From a virus: a DNA stretch of 34,476 nucleotides. Shown piece by piece: positions 18,764 to 27,372 of the stretch. Position numbers and translations under genes: made by a program. The DNA lies in the IMG/VR virus record IMGVR_UViG_3300005002_000001. One strand, 5' to 3'. The number at the start of each line of letters is the position of its first letter. Within the stretch, counting starts at the first letter, position 1. The notes under the pieces were generated by a model. The model saw only the letters and a list, made by a program, of their open reading frames with translations. It was not told where the DNA came from and did no database searches.

Positions 18764-19212
18764 TGCCCGGCTATTATGACGTAGATAAGATCACGCCGTC
18801 CCCGTCGACCCATACTCCCGCTCAACCCGGCTACGGATCCGTTCCGGAATATCAAGCCGCAGGCGTGCCCTGGGTGACAGGCTCTGTCGCTTCTTCCACT
18901 TCTGTAGTGCAAGAATTCAATTTTCCGTACGTAACGAAGAAGATCACCGTCAGGAATCATTCTACTGCCGGCGGTATCAGGGTCGGATTTACGCGTAACG
19001 GTGTGCAAGGATCCAACTATATTCTTGTCGACAATGTCGTCGGGGCTAGTATTGATCTAGATGTTCGTGTCGCTTCCTTGTATATTTTGGGAGTGACTGC
19101 GCCTAGCACATTCAGTATTTTTGCCGGACTGACAGCGATTCCCGCCAAGCACGCTCCTGTTTTGACCGGTTCAGTTTCCGGAACTAACGGATCCTGGCAG
19201 GGAGTTGGATGA
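18763..19212 (+). CDS. hypothetical protein (149 aa)
   Basis: ORF coupled to the protease stop by an ATAATG overlap. Gly/Ser/Thr-rich beta-type composition. Possible head decoration, not supported further. Confidence 0.4.
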   Translation: MPGYYDVDKITPSPSTHTPAQPGYGSVPEYQAAGVPWVTGSVASSTSVVQEFNFPYVTKKITVRNHSTAGGIRVGFTRNGVQGSNYILVDNVVGASIDLDVRVASLYILGVTAPSTFSIFAGLTAIPAKHAPVLTGSVSGTNGSWQGVG

Positions 19213-19679
19213 TCGTCAAGTATCCCAATCAAGTGCTCGCCAAGAGGACGTCAGACATCGAAGCATTTGATGATGAACTCAAGCTGTTTGTCGATCAGAT
19301 GGTTGGTGAGATGTATACGGAGGGAGGAATCGGATTGGCCGCTCCTCAACTCGGGAAATCGATCTCTGTCGTTGTGATTGCTCATCCTAGTCCCGATAGG
19401 GATAATGCTCTCGTGCTTGTCAATCCCAAGCTCAAAATGACAGGAAAAAGAATTCCCTCTAAAGAGGGTTGTCTGTCTATTCCTGGGCAGATGTTCAATG
19501 TCTCTAGATTCTCTTCTGTCGATGTAACCTTTAAGGGAATCGACGGTCAAGAACGACAGCAATCATTTGATGGAGATTTAGCGATTATTGTTCAGCACGA
19601 ATGTGATCACCTCGCAGGAATAACCTTGATCGAAAGGGCAGCGCTCGATCGACGGGCAAAGGCCAAGGGAAGAAAATGA
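19209..19679 (+). CDS. def: peptide deformylase
   Basis: All three PDF motifs are present: GIGLAAPQLG (motif I), EGCLSIPG (motif II), QHECDHLAGI (HExxH, motif III). Confidence 0.85.
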   Translation: MIVKYPNQVLAKRTSDIEAFDDELKLFVDQMVGEMYTEGGIGLAAPQLGKSISVVVIAHPSPDRDNALVLVNPKLKMTGKRIPSKEGCLSIPGQMFNVSRFSSVDVTFKGIDGQERQQSFDGDLAIIVQHECDHLAGITLIERAALDRRAKAKGRK

Positions 19680-20161
19680 AAGTCAGCAAGAAGATTCTGA
19701 AGCAAATTGTCAAGGAATGTCTGATTGAGATTCTAACAGAAGGTCTAGGATCGTCTGTTCCTTCTCCGGCAGCCATTTATCCGTCGACCGTTCCGGGAAC
19801 GAATCGGGATCTTTCTATGGCCGGCATGACAGAAAGATATGTGCCTCCTGTCCCGTATGATCCGATGGTGCGTCAAGCGCAGCCAACGCAAATCAGTCGT
19901 TTGAATAATCAGGTTGCTAGCGCGGTCAAAGAGTTGGCTGCTAGTACACGAGATCCGATGATGGCGTCTATCTTCGCAGATACGGCACGCAGTACATTGA
20001 TGGAGCAGGGAATCAATGACAAACCGATTCAGACTGTTGACCCTCGAGCCGATCGAGCTGCTAAAATCGCAGCCGTAGTTCCTCCCGAACAATTGTTTGG
20101 AGATGAAGCAGCTAGCAAGTGGGCAGCGCTTGCTTTTATGCCCGGCAATAAGAAGCCTTAA
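19676..20161 (+). CDS. hypothetical protein with capsid-targeting-like leader (161 aa)
   Basis: N-terminus MKVSKKILKQIVKE shares its pattern with the ORFs at 14829 and 20216. ATGA overlap with the def stop. Confidence 0.45.
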   Translation: MKVSKKILKQIVKECLIEILTEGLGSSVPSPAAIYPSTVPGTNRDLSMAGMTERYVPPVPYDPMVRQAQPTQISRLNNQVASAVKELAASTRDPMMASIFADTARSTLMEQGINDKPIQTVDPRADRAAKIAAVVPPEQLFGDEAASKWAALAFMPGNKKP

Positions 20162-20172
20162 TTCATTCCTGC

Positions 20173-20189
20173 ATATGCGCATATTTAAC
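20173..20189 (+). promoter_or_regulatory. 12-bp palindrome plus ATATTTAAC motif upstream of gene 20216
   Basis: atatgcgcatat is a perfect palindrome. It overlaps atatttaac, whose 3' end lies 27 nt before the ATG. The same 9-mer sits at the identical distance upstream of gene 25702. Confidence 0.3.
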
Positions 20190-20215
20190 CTAGAGCTCGA
20201 TAAGGAGTCATCGCT

Positions 20216-20464
20216 ATGAAACTCAGCAGCAAAGTTTTGAGAAGGATCATCGCCGAGGAAGCGGCCAAGTTTACCCGGGACACTCCGGAAGAAGCAGCCA
20301 AAGACACGGACGAGGTCGACGCCGATGAGTATGCTGATACTCTCGAGAAGAAGGTCGACATGATGAAGGCCCTGAAGATCGAGGAAGCTCGTCTTCTTCG
20401 TCGAGTCAAGAAGATTCGCGAAGAGAAGAAAGTTCTCGCTCTCAATATTGCGGATTCGGAGTGA
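20216..20464 (+). CDS. small acidic/basic helical protein with capsid-targeting-like leader (82 aa)
   Basis: N-terminus MKLSSKVLRRIIAEE, compared with the T4 IP leader MKTYQEFIAE. Size and charge resemble T4 gp67-type core proteins. AAGGAG SD. Confidence 0.45.
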   Translation: MKLSSKVLRRIIAEEAAKFTRDTPEEAAKDTDEVDADEYADTLEKKVDMMKALKIEEARLLRRVKKIREEKKVLALNIADSE

Positions 20465-20469
20465 ATTAG

Positions 20470-21006
20470 ATGCCTGGGCAAGGAAAATATACGACGTACG
20501 TCCCCGAGCAGAGGACGACTTCTGAAAAGGGAAAGTCGAATACGACTTTGCTCAAGAGCCTTTTCAACCCTCCTGTCGAGATCAGCGATCACGGCAAGAT
20601 CGTAGAGTTGGGTAATCAGTATCTGTTGGCTAACAACAACGGAGGAGTCCAAGCGGGTGACCCTAATCACTTCGCTTCTTCCGGTGGAGTCGTCAATTTG
20701 AATTACGACGGTTCTCCCGACTATGTTGACGAGCATGCTGATATCGTCAAGACGGGAGCCAAAGGCAATCCGTCGACGTCCTATACTCCCAACTTGACTT
20801 CTCCCGGCGTCGCCAACGGCGTCAGCCCTGATGGTCAAGCCGATATGGGTGTCGATAATGACGCAGGCAAGAAAATCCTTAATAGCACTGCTGTCGAAGG
20901 AATCAACGGTCTGAGGAATCCGGCAACGGACGCCTCGACTATGGGTTCGACGGCCTTGTCCAAGGATTCGAATCCGCTAGTACCCGGAAAGCACCCGGGA
21001 GCCTGA
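20470..21006 (+). CDS. hypothetical Gly/Asn/Ser/Pro-rich protein (178 aa)
   Basis: ORF with low-complexity, probably disordered composition. No motifs. Confidence 0.35.
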   Translation: MPGQGKYTTYVPEQRTTSEKGKSNTTLLKSLFNPPVEISDHGKIVELGNQYLLANNNGGVQAGDPNHFASSGGVVNLNYDGSPDYVDEHADIVKTGAKGNPSTSYTPNLTSPGVANGVSPDGQADMGVDNDAGKKILNSTAVEGINGLRNPATDASTMGSTALSKDSNPLVPGKHPGA

Positions 21007-21062
21007 TAGCCGATATTCTTTGAAACGGGCAATAATTATCCTAGGCGAAACATAGAGGAAGC

Positions 21063-22904
21063 ATGTCAAAGACACTCTACGAAGAAGCATTGGCGGATGC
21101 CCGTAAGCTTAAAGAAGTCGCGGAAAATAACGCGAAGAAGGCTGTCGAGGAAGCCGTCCTTCCCAGAATTCGAGAACTGCTTGAGAAGCAGTTGTTCGAA
21201 GATCTAGAGGGTCTCGATCCCGATGCTGAGAATCCTGTGCACGATGACGTCCTTTTGGATCTTGTCGGCGGAGCCGCAGATACTTCTGCTTCTTCGATCT
21301 CTCCTCCTGATGAAGAAGGAAAGGTAACCCTCGATCTGGATGCACTCAAGCAGCCGGCTAATCAGGGAAGCATGGGAGGCGGACCCGTCCCCGCTCCGGC
21401 AGGAGCTCTTGGTGAGCCCGTTGCCGAAATGGAACTGAGCGTCGAATCTCTTCAGAGCATGTTTGCTGATGAGAATGATTCTCTCAAGAAAGTCAATGAG
21501 TCGATCGCTGGTATTGCAGTCGATGTCAAGAGATTCCTTTCTGCTTCAAAGCTGATTAAGGAGTCTAAGGAATTTCACACAAAAATTGAAGAACTAATTG
21601 AGCGCATCCAAGATACATATCAGTATGTTCAGGAGCGTCTCGGTGACGTTCCCGACAAAGCCGGTATCGAAGTAAAGCTCGAAGGCTTTTTCAAGAACAT
21701 GAATGGTCTTAAGGAGACAACGATGAAGAGTGTCAAGGATCTTATGAACGAAGGGGACCTGACGATTAAGCTAACCGGCGTTCCGGAAGACCTTGACGTC
21801 GAGGATCTCGGTATCGACCTTATCACAGGTGATGAGGAAGAGGGTGGAGATCTCGATGTCGGAGCTGGCGACGACATGGGTGCGGGCGATGAGCTTGACC
21901 TCGGAGCTGGTGGCGATGATGTCGGAGGAGAACCTGAGGGCGACGACCTCGACATGGAGGAGATGGATATGGGCTCGATGAATGATAACGATGTAGTCGA
22001 GATTTCCGAATCCATGCTTCGAAGTGAGATTGAGCGTATGCGAAGGGCTCGTCTTCAGCGAGAAAGCGCTGATCCGAATCACCCGGGCAATGCCAAGGGA
22101 AGCAAGATCCCCGTCGACGATTTTGGCGGCGGCAAGGATGAAGGTGATCCCTGGCTCGATGGTGATGTTACCACGGCAGAAGATGACAAGGGACCGACTC
22201 TCCAGGGAGAAAGTCTCGAAGAACTCGATGAACTCGATGAGTTGGACGAGGCTGACATGGGTTCGGGCGCTGCCCAGAATCAAGAGCAGGGTCACACGGC
22301 CGCTGCTCAGCCCAATGATCAGAAAGAGTCCGTCATTAGGACGGCTATCCAGTCTGAGCTGAAGCTGCAGCAGGAGGCGTACAACAAGTACAAGCTTCTC
22401 GTTGCCGAAGCAAAGAAGGGTAAGAAGGACGCCAAGGACAAGGCCAAGAAGGAAGCTGACAAGGTCAAGAAGTCCAAGAAGAAGGTGTCTGAACTCAAGA
22501 ACAGACTAGGAGCTCTCAAGCTCCAAAATGAGGGAGTCGCTAATCGACGACCGGCTGTTACCGCGGAGGGTAATGGTCAAGTGGAATCACTCCGCGCTAA
22601 ATTGAACGAGCAAAATTTGTTCAATGCTAAGCTGCTCGCGACTAACAAGCTGCTGCAGAACGAGTCTCTCTCCACCCGTCAAAAGGGTTCGGCTATCGAA
22701 CGACTGGACGAGGCGAAGACGATTCGCGAAGTGAAGCTGGTTTACGAGAGCATCGTAAAGGCCCTTTCTAGCCGTCGTTCTCTTGCCGAAGGAGCGGGTA
22801 AGGTCATTGGATCTTCCTCCCGATCTACGGCGCCTGGATCGACGCTAACGGAATCAGTCTCTCCTGAGGGTGACCGTTGGGCTCGTCTAGCAGGCATCAA
22901 GTGA
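21063..22904 (+). CDS. putative scaffold / prohead core protein (613 aa, highly acidic, coiled-coil)
   Basis: Sits immediately upstream of the major capsid gene (T4 gp22 position). Long helical Glu/Lys-rich segments. Tandem acidic repeats GDLDVGAGDDMGAGDELDLGAGGDD and EELDELDELDE, plus a Lys-rich block KKGKKDAKDKAKKEADKVKKSKKK. Confidence 0.5.
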   Translation: MSKTLYEEALADARKLKEVAENNAKKAVEEAVLPRIRELLEKQLFEDLEGLDPDAENPVHDDVLLDLVGGAADTSASSISPPDEEGKVTLDLDALKQPANQGSMGGGPVPAPAGALGEPVAEMELSVESLQSMFADENDSLKKVNESIAGIAVDVKRFLSASKLIKESKEFHTKIEELIERIQDTYQYVQERLGDVPDKAGIEVKLEGFFKNMNGLKETTMKSVKDLMNEGDLTIKLTGVPEDLDVEDLGIDLITGDEEEGGDLDVGAGDDMGAGDELDLGAGGDDVGGEPEGDDLDMEEMDMGSMNDNDVVEISESMLRSEIERMRRARLQRESADPNHPGNAKGSKIPVDDFGGGKDEGDPWLDGDVTTAEDDKGPTLQGESLEELDELDELDEADMGSGAAQNQEQGHTAAAQPNDQKESVIRTAIQSELKLQQEAYNKYKLLVAEAKKGKKDAKDKAKKEADKVKKSKKKVSELKNRLGALKLQNEGVANRRPAVTAEGNGQVESLRAKLNEQNLFNAKLLATNKLLQNESLSTRQKGSAIERLDEAKTIREVKLVYESIVKALSSRRSLAEGAGKVIGSSSRSTAPGSTLTESVSPEGDRWARLAGIK

Positions 22905-22930
22905 TAAAAAACCACTAGGAGTGATTTCAA

Positions 22931-24835
22931 ATGAGTAAGTTTACGATTGAACAACTGACCGCGGGCATCTCCGACAGGAACCTCGCGGCAGAGAATAACC
23001 GCCTCCTCGAGAAGTGGAGCCGCACGGGTCTTTTGAAGGGACTCGAGGGTACCAAGCGAGAAGTCATGTCTCGACTGCTCGAGAACCAGGCAGCCCAGCT
23101 GCTTCGAGAGTCGAACTCGATCTCGACCGGAGGTGGAGCGATCCAGTCTTCGGGCCAGATCCAGGGCTTCTCGAACATCGCGTTCCCGATCGTTCGCCGA
23201 GTATTCGGTGGCCTCGTCGGTAACGAGCTGATCTCGATTCAGCCGATGAGTCTCCCGTCCGGACTGATCTTCTACCTCGATTACACCTACGGCTCGAACG
23301 TCGGTGGAGACGCTGGTTTCGGTCTCGACAACAACTCGGCCAACGAGACGTATACCCGAGGAACGTCCATCTATAACAACCCGACTGGTAAGGGCGTCCG
23401 ATCCGGATCTCTCGCCGCGGGTGGTATGTACGACCTCATGGGTGCTGGATACACCCGTCTGCACCAGCAGACGACCGCCATCTCCATGTCCAATGCGGAC
23501 ATCGGATCTTGGTCGGGTGCCAACGAAGCTTGGTCGGCCGGTACCGTCATGACTTCCGATGTTGCCTTTACGGGCACCAACGGTCGCAACGGCGGATACG
23601 ATGTCGACGTCGCTCTGGCCCTCCAGAACAATACTCTTGACGCAGTCTTTGCGCACGCTCCGGTCTCGCAGTTTACTGCAGCCCTGTCCAAGATGGATAC
23701 TCTTGCGGTCGATCAGATCGCGGTATTCAGCTTCGGAGCCGGAAACAACGGCGGAGCCGTTGCTTGGGGCGAGGCCTTCCAGGGCGGAACGGGAGTTCTA
23801 AACCTCCGTCGCGCCACCCGACGTGGTAACTGGAACGGCAGTGTCTTCACCCCCGATCCTCTCAATGGATCGCACTATCAGTTCCTTGTTCGTCTGAACA
23901 ACGGCGGAACCGCTCCGTCGGGTACCTCCAACCTCCGTATCACGGCCTCCGTGGTTCTGAGCGATGCACTCGAAGTTGACTCTTCCTCCGGCGCGACGAC
24001 CACGATCCCGTCCTTCGAAACGGATTTCGGAACGTCACCGCTTCCGACGATCCCCGAGATCGACATCAAGATCGAGTCGATCGCAATCACGGCGGTCACC
24101 CGCAAGCTCAAGGCCAAGTGGTCTCCTGAGCTCGCCCAGGACCTCAACGCGTACCACACGATGGACGCCGAGGTCGAGCTGACCCAGATCCTTTCCGAGC
24201 AGATCGCTCTGGAAATCGACCGCGAGGTTCTCAACGACTTGCTCACTCAGGCTAACGGTGCGAACTTCTTCTGGTCGAAGGCTCCGGGACGCTTCCTGGA
24301 CAAGTACACCGGTCGTCCGCAGACCCTTTCCTCGGCTCTCGCCATCGGCCCGTCCTTCACCGGTACGGTTCGTGAATGGTACGAGACCCTGGTCGAGACG
24401 GTCATCGACGTCGCGAACACCATCCACCGCAAGACCCTCCGCGGCTCTGCTAACTTCGTAGTTACCAGCCCGGATGTCTGCACCCTCCTCGAAGCCTCGG
24501 TCCTTTACAAGCCGAAGTACTCCCTGGACGGTGAAGGACAGGTTTCCACTCCGTTTACCATCGGTGCTGAACCGGTCGGTACTCTGAGTAACCGATTCAC
24601 GGTCTACAAGGACCCGTACTTCCCCCGTAACAAGATCCTCGTCGGATTCAAGGGCGGAAGCTACCTCGAGACGGGATATGTGTACGCTCCGTACGTACCG
24701 CTCATCGTCACGCCGACGATCTTCGCTCCCGAAGATTTCACTCCGCGTAAGGGCGTCATGACCCGATACGGTAAGAAGATGGTGCGAACCGACTTCTACG
24801 GTACGGTCACGGTCCTCGACATGAATATCCGCTAA
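22931..24835 (+). CDS. major capsid protein (T4 gp23-like)
   Basis: Last gene of the head module, with an AGGAG SD and a strong intrinsic terminator after it. 634 aa. N-terminal ~60-aa helical segment with (L/I)xE motifs consistent with a protease-removed propeptide. Confidence 0.65.
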   Translation: MSKFTIEQLTAGISDRNLAAENNRLLEKWSRTGLLKGLEGTKREVMSRLLENQAAQLLRESNSISTGGGAIQSSGQIQGFSNIAFPIVRRVFGGLVGNELISIQPMSLPSGLIFYLDYTYGSNVGGDAGFGLDNNSANETYTRGTSIYNNPTGKGVRSGSLAAGGMYDLMGAGYTRLHQQTTAISMSNADIGSWSGANEAWSAGTVMTSDVAFTGTNGRNGGYDVDVALALQNNTLDAVFAHAPVSQFTAALSKMDTLAVDQIAVFSFGAGNNGGAVAWGEAFQGGTGVLNLRRATRRGNWNGSVFTPDPLNGSHYQFLVRLNNGGTAPSGTSNLRITASVVLSDALEVDSSSGATTTIPSFETDFGTSPLPTIPEIDIKIESIAITAVTRKLKAKWSPELAQDLNAYHTMDAEVELTQILSEQIALEIDREVLNDLLTQANGANFFWSKAPGRFLDKYTGRPQTLSSALAIGPSFTGTVREWYETLVETVIDVANTIHRKTLRGSANFVVTSPDVCTLLEASVLYKPKYSLDGEGQVSTPFTIGAEPVGTLSNRFTVYKDPYFPRNKILVGFKGGSYLETGYVYAPYVPLIVTPTIFAPEDFTPRKGVMTRYGKKMVRTDFYGTVTVLDMNIR

Positions 24836-24859
24836 TTAGCGGCTGCAGCAAATAACCGG

Positions 24860-24892
24860 TGAGCGCCAGGCAAACGCCTGGCGTTCCTGTTT
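24860..24892 (+). terminator. rho-independent terminator after the capsid gene
   Basis: gagcgccaggc-aaac-gcctggcgttc forms an 11-bp stem (one G-U pair) with a GNRA-like loop, followed by ctgtttt. Confidence 0.6.
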
Positions 24893-25090
24893 TAAGCCGC
24901 CTACTTAAGTCTATGTCAGCAGGTTGGGCCCCTGTCCCGCAAAGTCGATCACCAGGGTGGGTCTGGAATATTCCTGGCTAGCTGGATAAAGGAGACTTAG
25001 GCGTGGATCAAGATCTTTTAGAAGGTAGCTCGAGGACATCTAACAAAGAAGCCCACACGGGCTAGGACGGAGCTCGACTTCGTTCGTATT

Positions 25091-25119
25091 TTTACCCTGC
25101 CGATTGTATTTCTTACAAT
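25091..25119 (+). promoter_or_regulatory. candidate sigma70-like promoter for the tail module
   Basis: TTTACC, then a 17-nt spacer, then TACAAT. Lies in the 255-bp non-coding gap about 30 nt upstream of gene 25148. Weak -35 match. Confidence 0.2.
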
Positions 25120-25147
25120 GGAGGTGGGCTAGCCGTGAACGTGGGAA

Positions 25148-25642
25148 ATGACAGCAATAAGGATCATCGATCGGTACGAAGATCTTGCTGACGTTCCGTC
25201 AGGAAGTTATTCTCCGACACAGATAAATCAGACTCTCAACTTCCTCCTGAGTTCTTCCTTCTCAGGTTCGGGAGATCCTTTTGCGTCGTATATCGTCGTC
25301 AATCCGACGTCATCGCTGCCCAACGCACGTCAGGTCGTCACCGGCGCCGGCATCATAATCACAGACAATCCGGGTTCCGGGACTCTGACATTCTCAGTCG
25401 ATCCGAGTTATGTCAGATCCCTCATACAGTGGAACGAGACCCCGGGCGGGGCGATCGATGGTAGCAATACCACGTTCACGTTAGCCCACGTTCCAATCCC
25501 GTCCGGGGCTCTTTCTCTGTATTACAACGGGCAGTTGTTAGATCAAGGTCCGACCGAAGATTTTATTTTGTCCGGCACGACGATCACGACCTTCTTTGTA
25601 CCGCGCCCTCAAGACAAGTTGAAAGCCACGTATCCCAAGTGA
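25148..25642 (+). CDS. hypothetical structural protein (164 aa)
   Basis: First ORF after the non-coding gap. C-terminal half (DGSNTTFTL...LSLYYNGQLL...DFILSGTTITT) has the alternating pattern of an Ig-like or beta-sandwich fibre/neck domain. Confidence 0.4.
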   Translation: MTAIRIIDRYEDLADVPSGSYSPTQINQTLNFLLSSSFSGSGDPFASYIVVNPTSSLPNARQVVTGAGIIITDNPGSGTLTFSVDPSYVRSLIQWNETPGGAIDGSNTTFTLAHVPIPSGALSLYYNGQLLDQGPTEDFILSGTTITTFFVPRPQDKLKATYPK

Positions 25643-25701
25643 TTTGCAATTTAGATACGAGCGTGAATATTTAACAATCAATCCTCTAATGGGGAAAAGA
25701 C

Positions 25702-27315
25702 ATGAGTAGATCATTCCTTAGGCAAGCAACGCAGATTTCGGCATCTGTTGATTTTACGGACGCCCTTGCAGCGGGTCTGTCTCTACAGTCTTCCTCTTAT
25801 ACGTTAGAAGACGATCTCAATGCTGTTAGATCTCAGCTACGCCGTATCCTGTACTCGACATCTTCCAACGGCAAGTGGTATGATGACGTACCGTCCACTA
25901 CTCTCGGCGGCCCTCGCGGTCTCTTCCAACTCGGAGGAGATCTCGAAGACCTCGAACGTAAGCGACTAGTCTATCGAGTCCAGAAGAACACTATCGGGCT
26001 TCAAGTTCCGATCGGTCAGAACTATGTGACTCTGTCCGTCGGCGCGGGTTTTGCTCCTGGCTTCTTGGCGGCCGTCTCTACTGCCATGACAGGCACTGTC
26101 GTTTCCCTATTGTCTGGTTCGCAATACAATGTTCACAGCATGGAACTGCAGTCAGGTTCGAATGCTTTAGTTCCGAAGAATCTTGTTGTCGTCGTCTCGG
26201 CCTCAACGGGCAATCCGATTCAATCTGATAATGGACAGGGCTTTGACGTTTATGCATTGCTCCAAGCCTCGGGTTCTGTAGCAGATGGTGATACTTTTGA
26301 CGATGTCACCAAGCGCGTGCAGTTGTCCTTCGTCAAGTCCAATCCTTCCCGAACCGGTCTCGTTTCGGCTTCTATCGCCGATATCGAAGGTCGATTCATC
26401 CAATACTCTTACACTCGTCGAGTAGCCCTCGATGAGATTCCGGACGACGCGTATCTGGATGGTGTCTTCGTCGACGTCATTGCTGATATTTCGGCGACCG
26501 TTGCCGCGGCTCTCTCTTCTCTGTCGGCTTCGGTCTCCCTCGATTCTGCGATCGACAGTCAGGTCGGACCTGCCACGCAGACAGACAGAAACATTGTCGT
26601 TCGTATCTCGTCTCCTTATCAGTGGGCCTTTGCTAATTCCGCCGGAACTCGTCACTTCTTCCAGGCTGATGCCGCTTCGGCTAGCATCAGTTTCGACATC
26701 GATAGTTTTACGGTCAACAATGTCAATACTGCGAACTTCCTCAATGCGGTACGTACCTCTGTCTCGGGTAACTGGGTCCAGATGGGTGCCGGGCAGGTGC
26801 AGTCTTCGGGTACGTTGCTTGTCAACTCGGCGACGGGATCGAATCTGATTCTATCGGGTGGTAACTTCCTTGTCATGGTCGACGGCAACAAACAATTCTC
26901 AACTTACACTAACGACTTTGTGCTAGCTGACAGCGTTAGTGATTGGAATCAGTATGTCACTAGCTTCGGTCAGATTTCCCTGTTCGATGCTTTGCAGTTC
27001 CTGTCCCAGTCGATCACCGGCGCCAAGGGTCAGCTCAAGGCGACGGCCGTCGTTACAGCAAACAATGTCAACGCCAATGTCAATGTAACGTATCCAACTA
27101 ATTTGGACGCTCCGCTATTGAATTTCGCCGCGTATCCCTCAGCTTCATTCGTTAGCGGAGTTAACGTGTACGTTAACGGACAATTGGTTCGAGGCGCTTC
27201 AAACGGCGGTGAAAATCATGATGTATATCCGGGAGACAACTTGTCGACAGGAGATCTGAAATTCGAATTCAAACTTCATCGTGACGATGTCATTACGATG
27301 ATCATTCCTAACTGA
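25702..27315 (+). CDS. hypothetical structural protein (537 aa)
   Basis: ORF with an SD-like GGGGAAAAG. Ser/Ala/Val/Thr-rich beta composition. No catalytic motifs. Confidence 0.45.
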   Translation: MSRSFLRQATQISASVDFTDALAAGLSLQSSSYTLEDDLNAVRSQLRRILYSTSSNGKWYDDVPSTTLGGPRGLFQLGGDLEDLERKRLVYRVQKNTIGLQVPIGQNYVTLSVGAGFAPGFLAAVSTAMTGTVVSLLSGSQYNVHSMELQSGSNALVPKNLVVVVSASTGNPIQSDNGQGFDVYALLQASGSVADGDTFDDVTKRVQLSFVKSNPSRTGLVSASIADIEGRFIQYSYTRRVALDEIPDDAYLDGVFVDVIADISATVAAALSSLSASVSLDSAIDSQVGPATQTDRNIVVRISSPYQWAFANSAGTRHFFQADAASASISFDIDSFTVNNVNTANFLNAVRTSVSGNWVQMGAGQVQSSGTLLVNSATGSNLILSGGNFLVMVDGNKQFSTYTNDFVLADSVSDWNQYVTSFGQISLFDALQFLSQSITGAKGQLKATAVVTANNVNANVNVTYPTNLDAPLLNFAAYPSASFVSGVNVYVNGQLVRGASNGGENHDVYPGDNLSTGDLKFEFKLHRDDVITMIIPN

Positions 27316-27337
27316 CGCTATCGTCTGATTAACTGGC

Positions 27338-27372
27338 GGGGTTCATGTTGTAAAATGTCAACATGAACCCCG
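27338..27372 (+). promoter_or_regulatory. 12-bp perfect inverted repeat spanning the start codon of gene 27363
   Basis: cggggttcatgt - 11-nt loop - acatgaaccccg. The ATG at 27363 lies inside the 3' arm. No T-tract follows. Confidence 0.4.
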
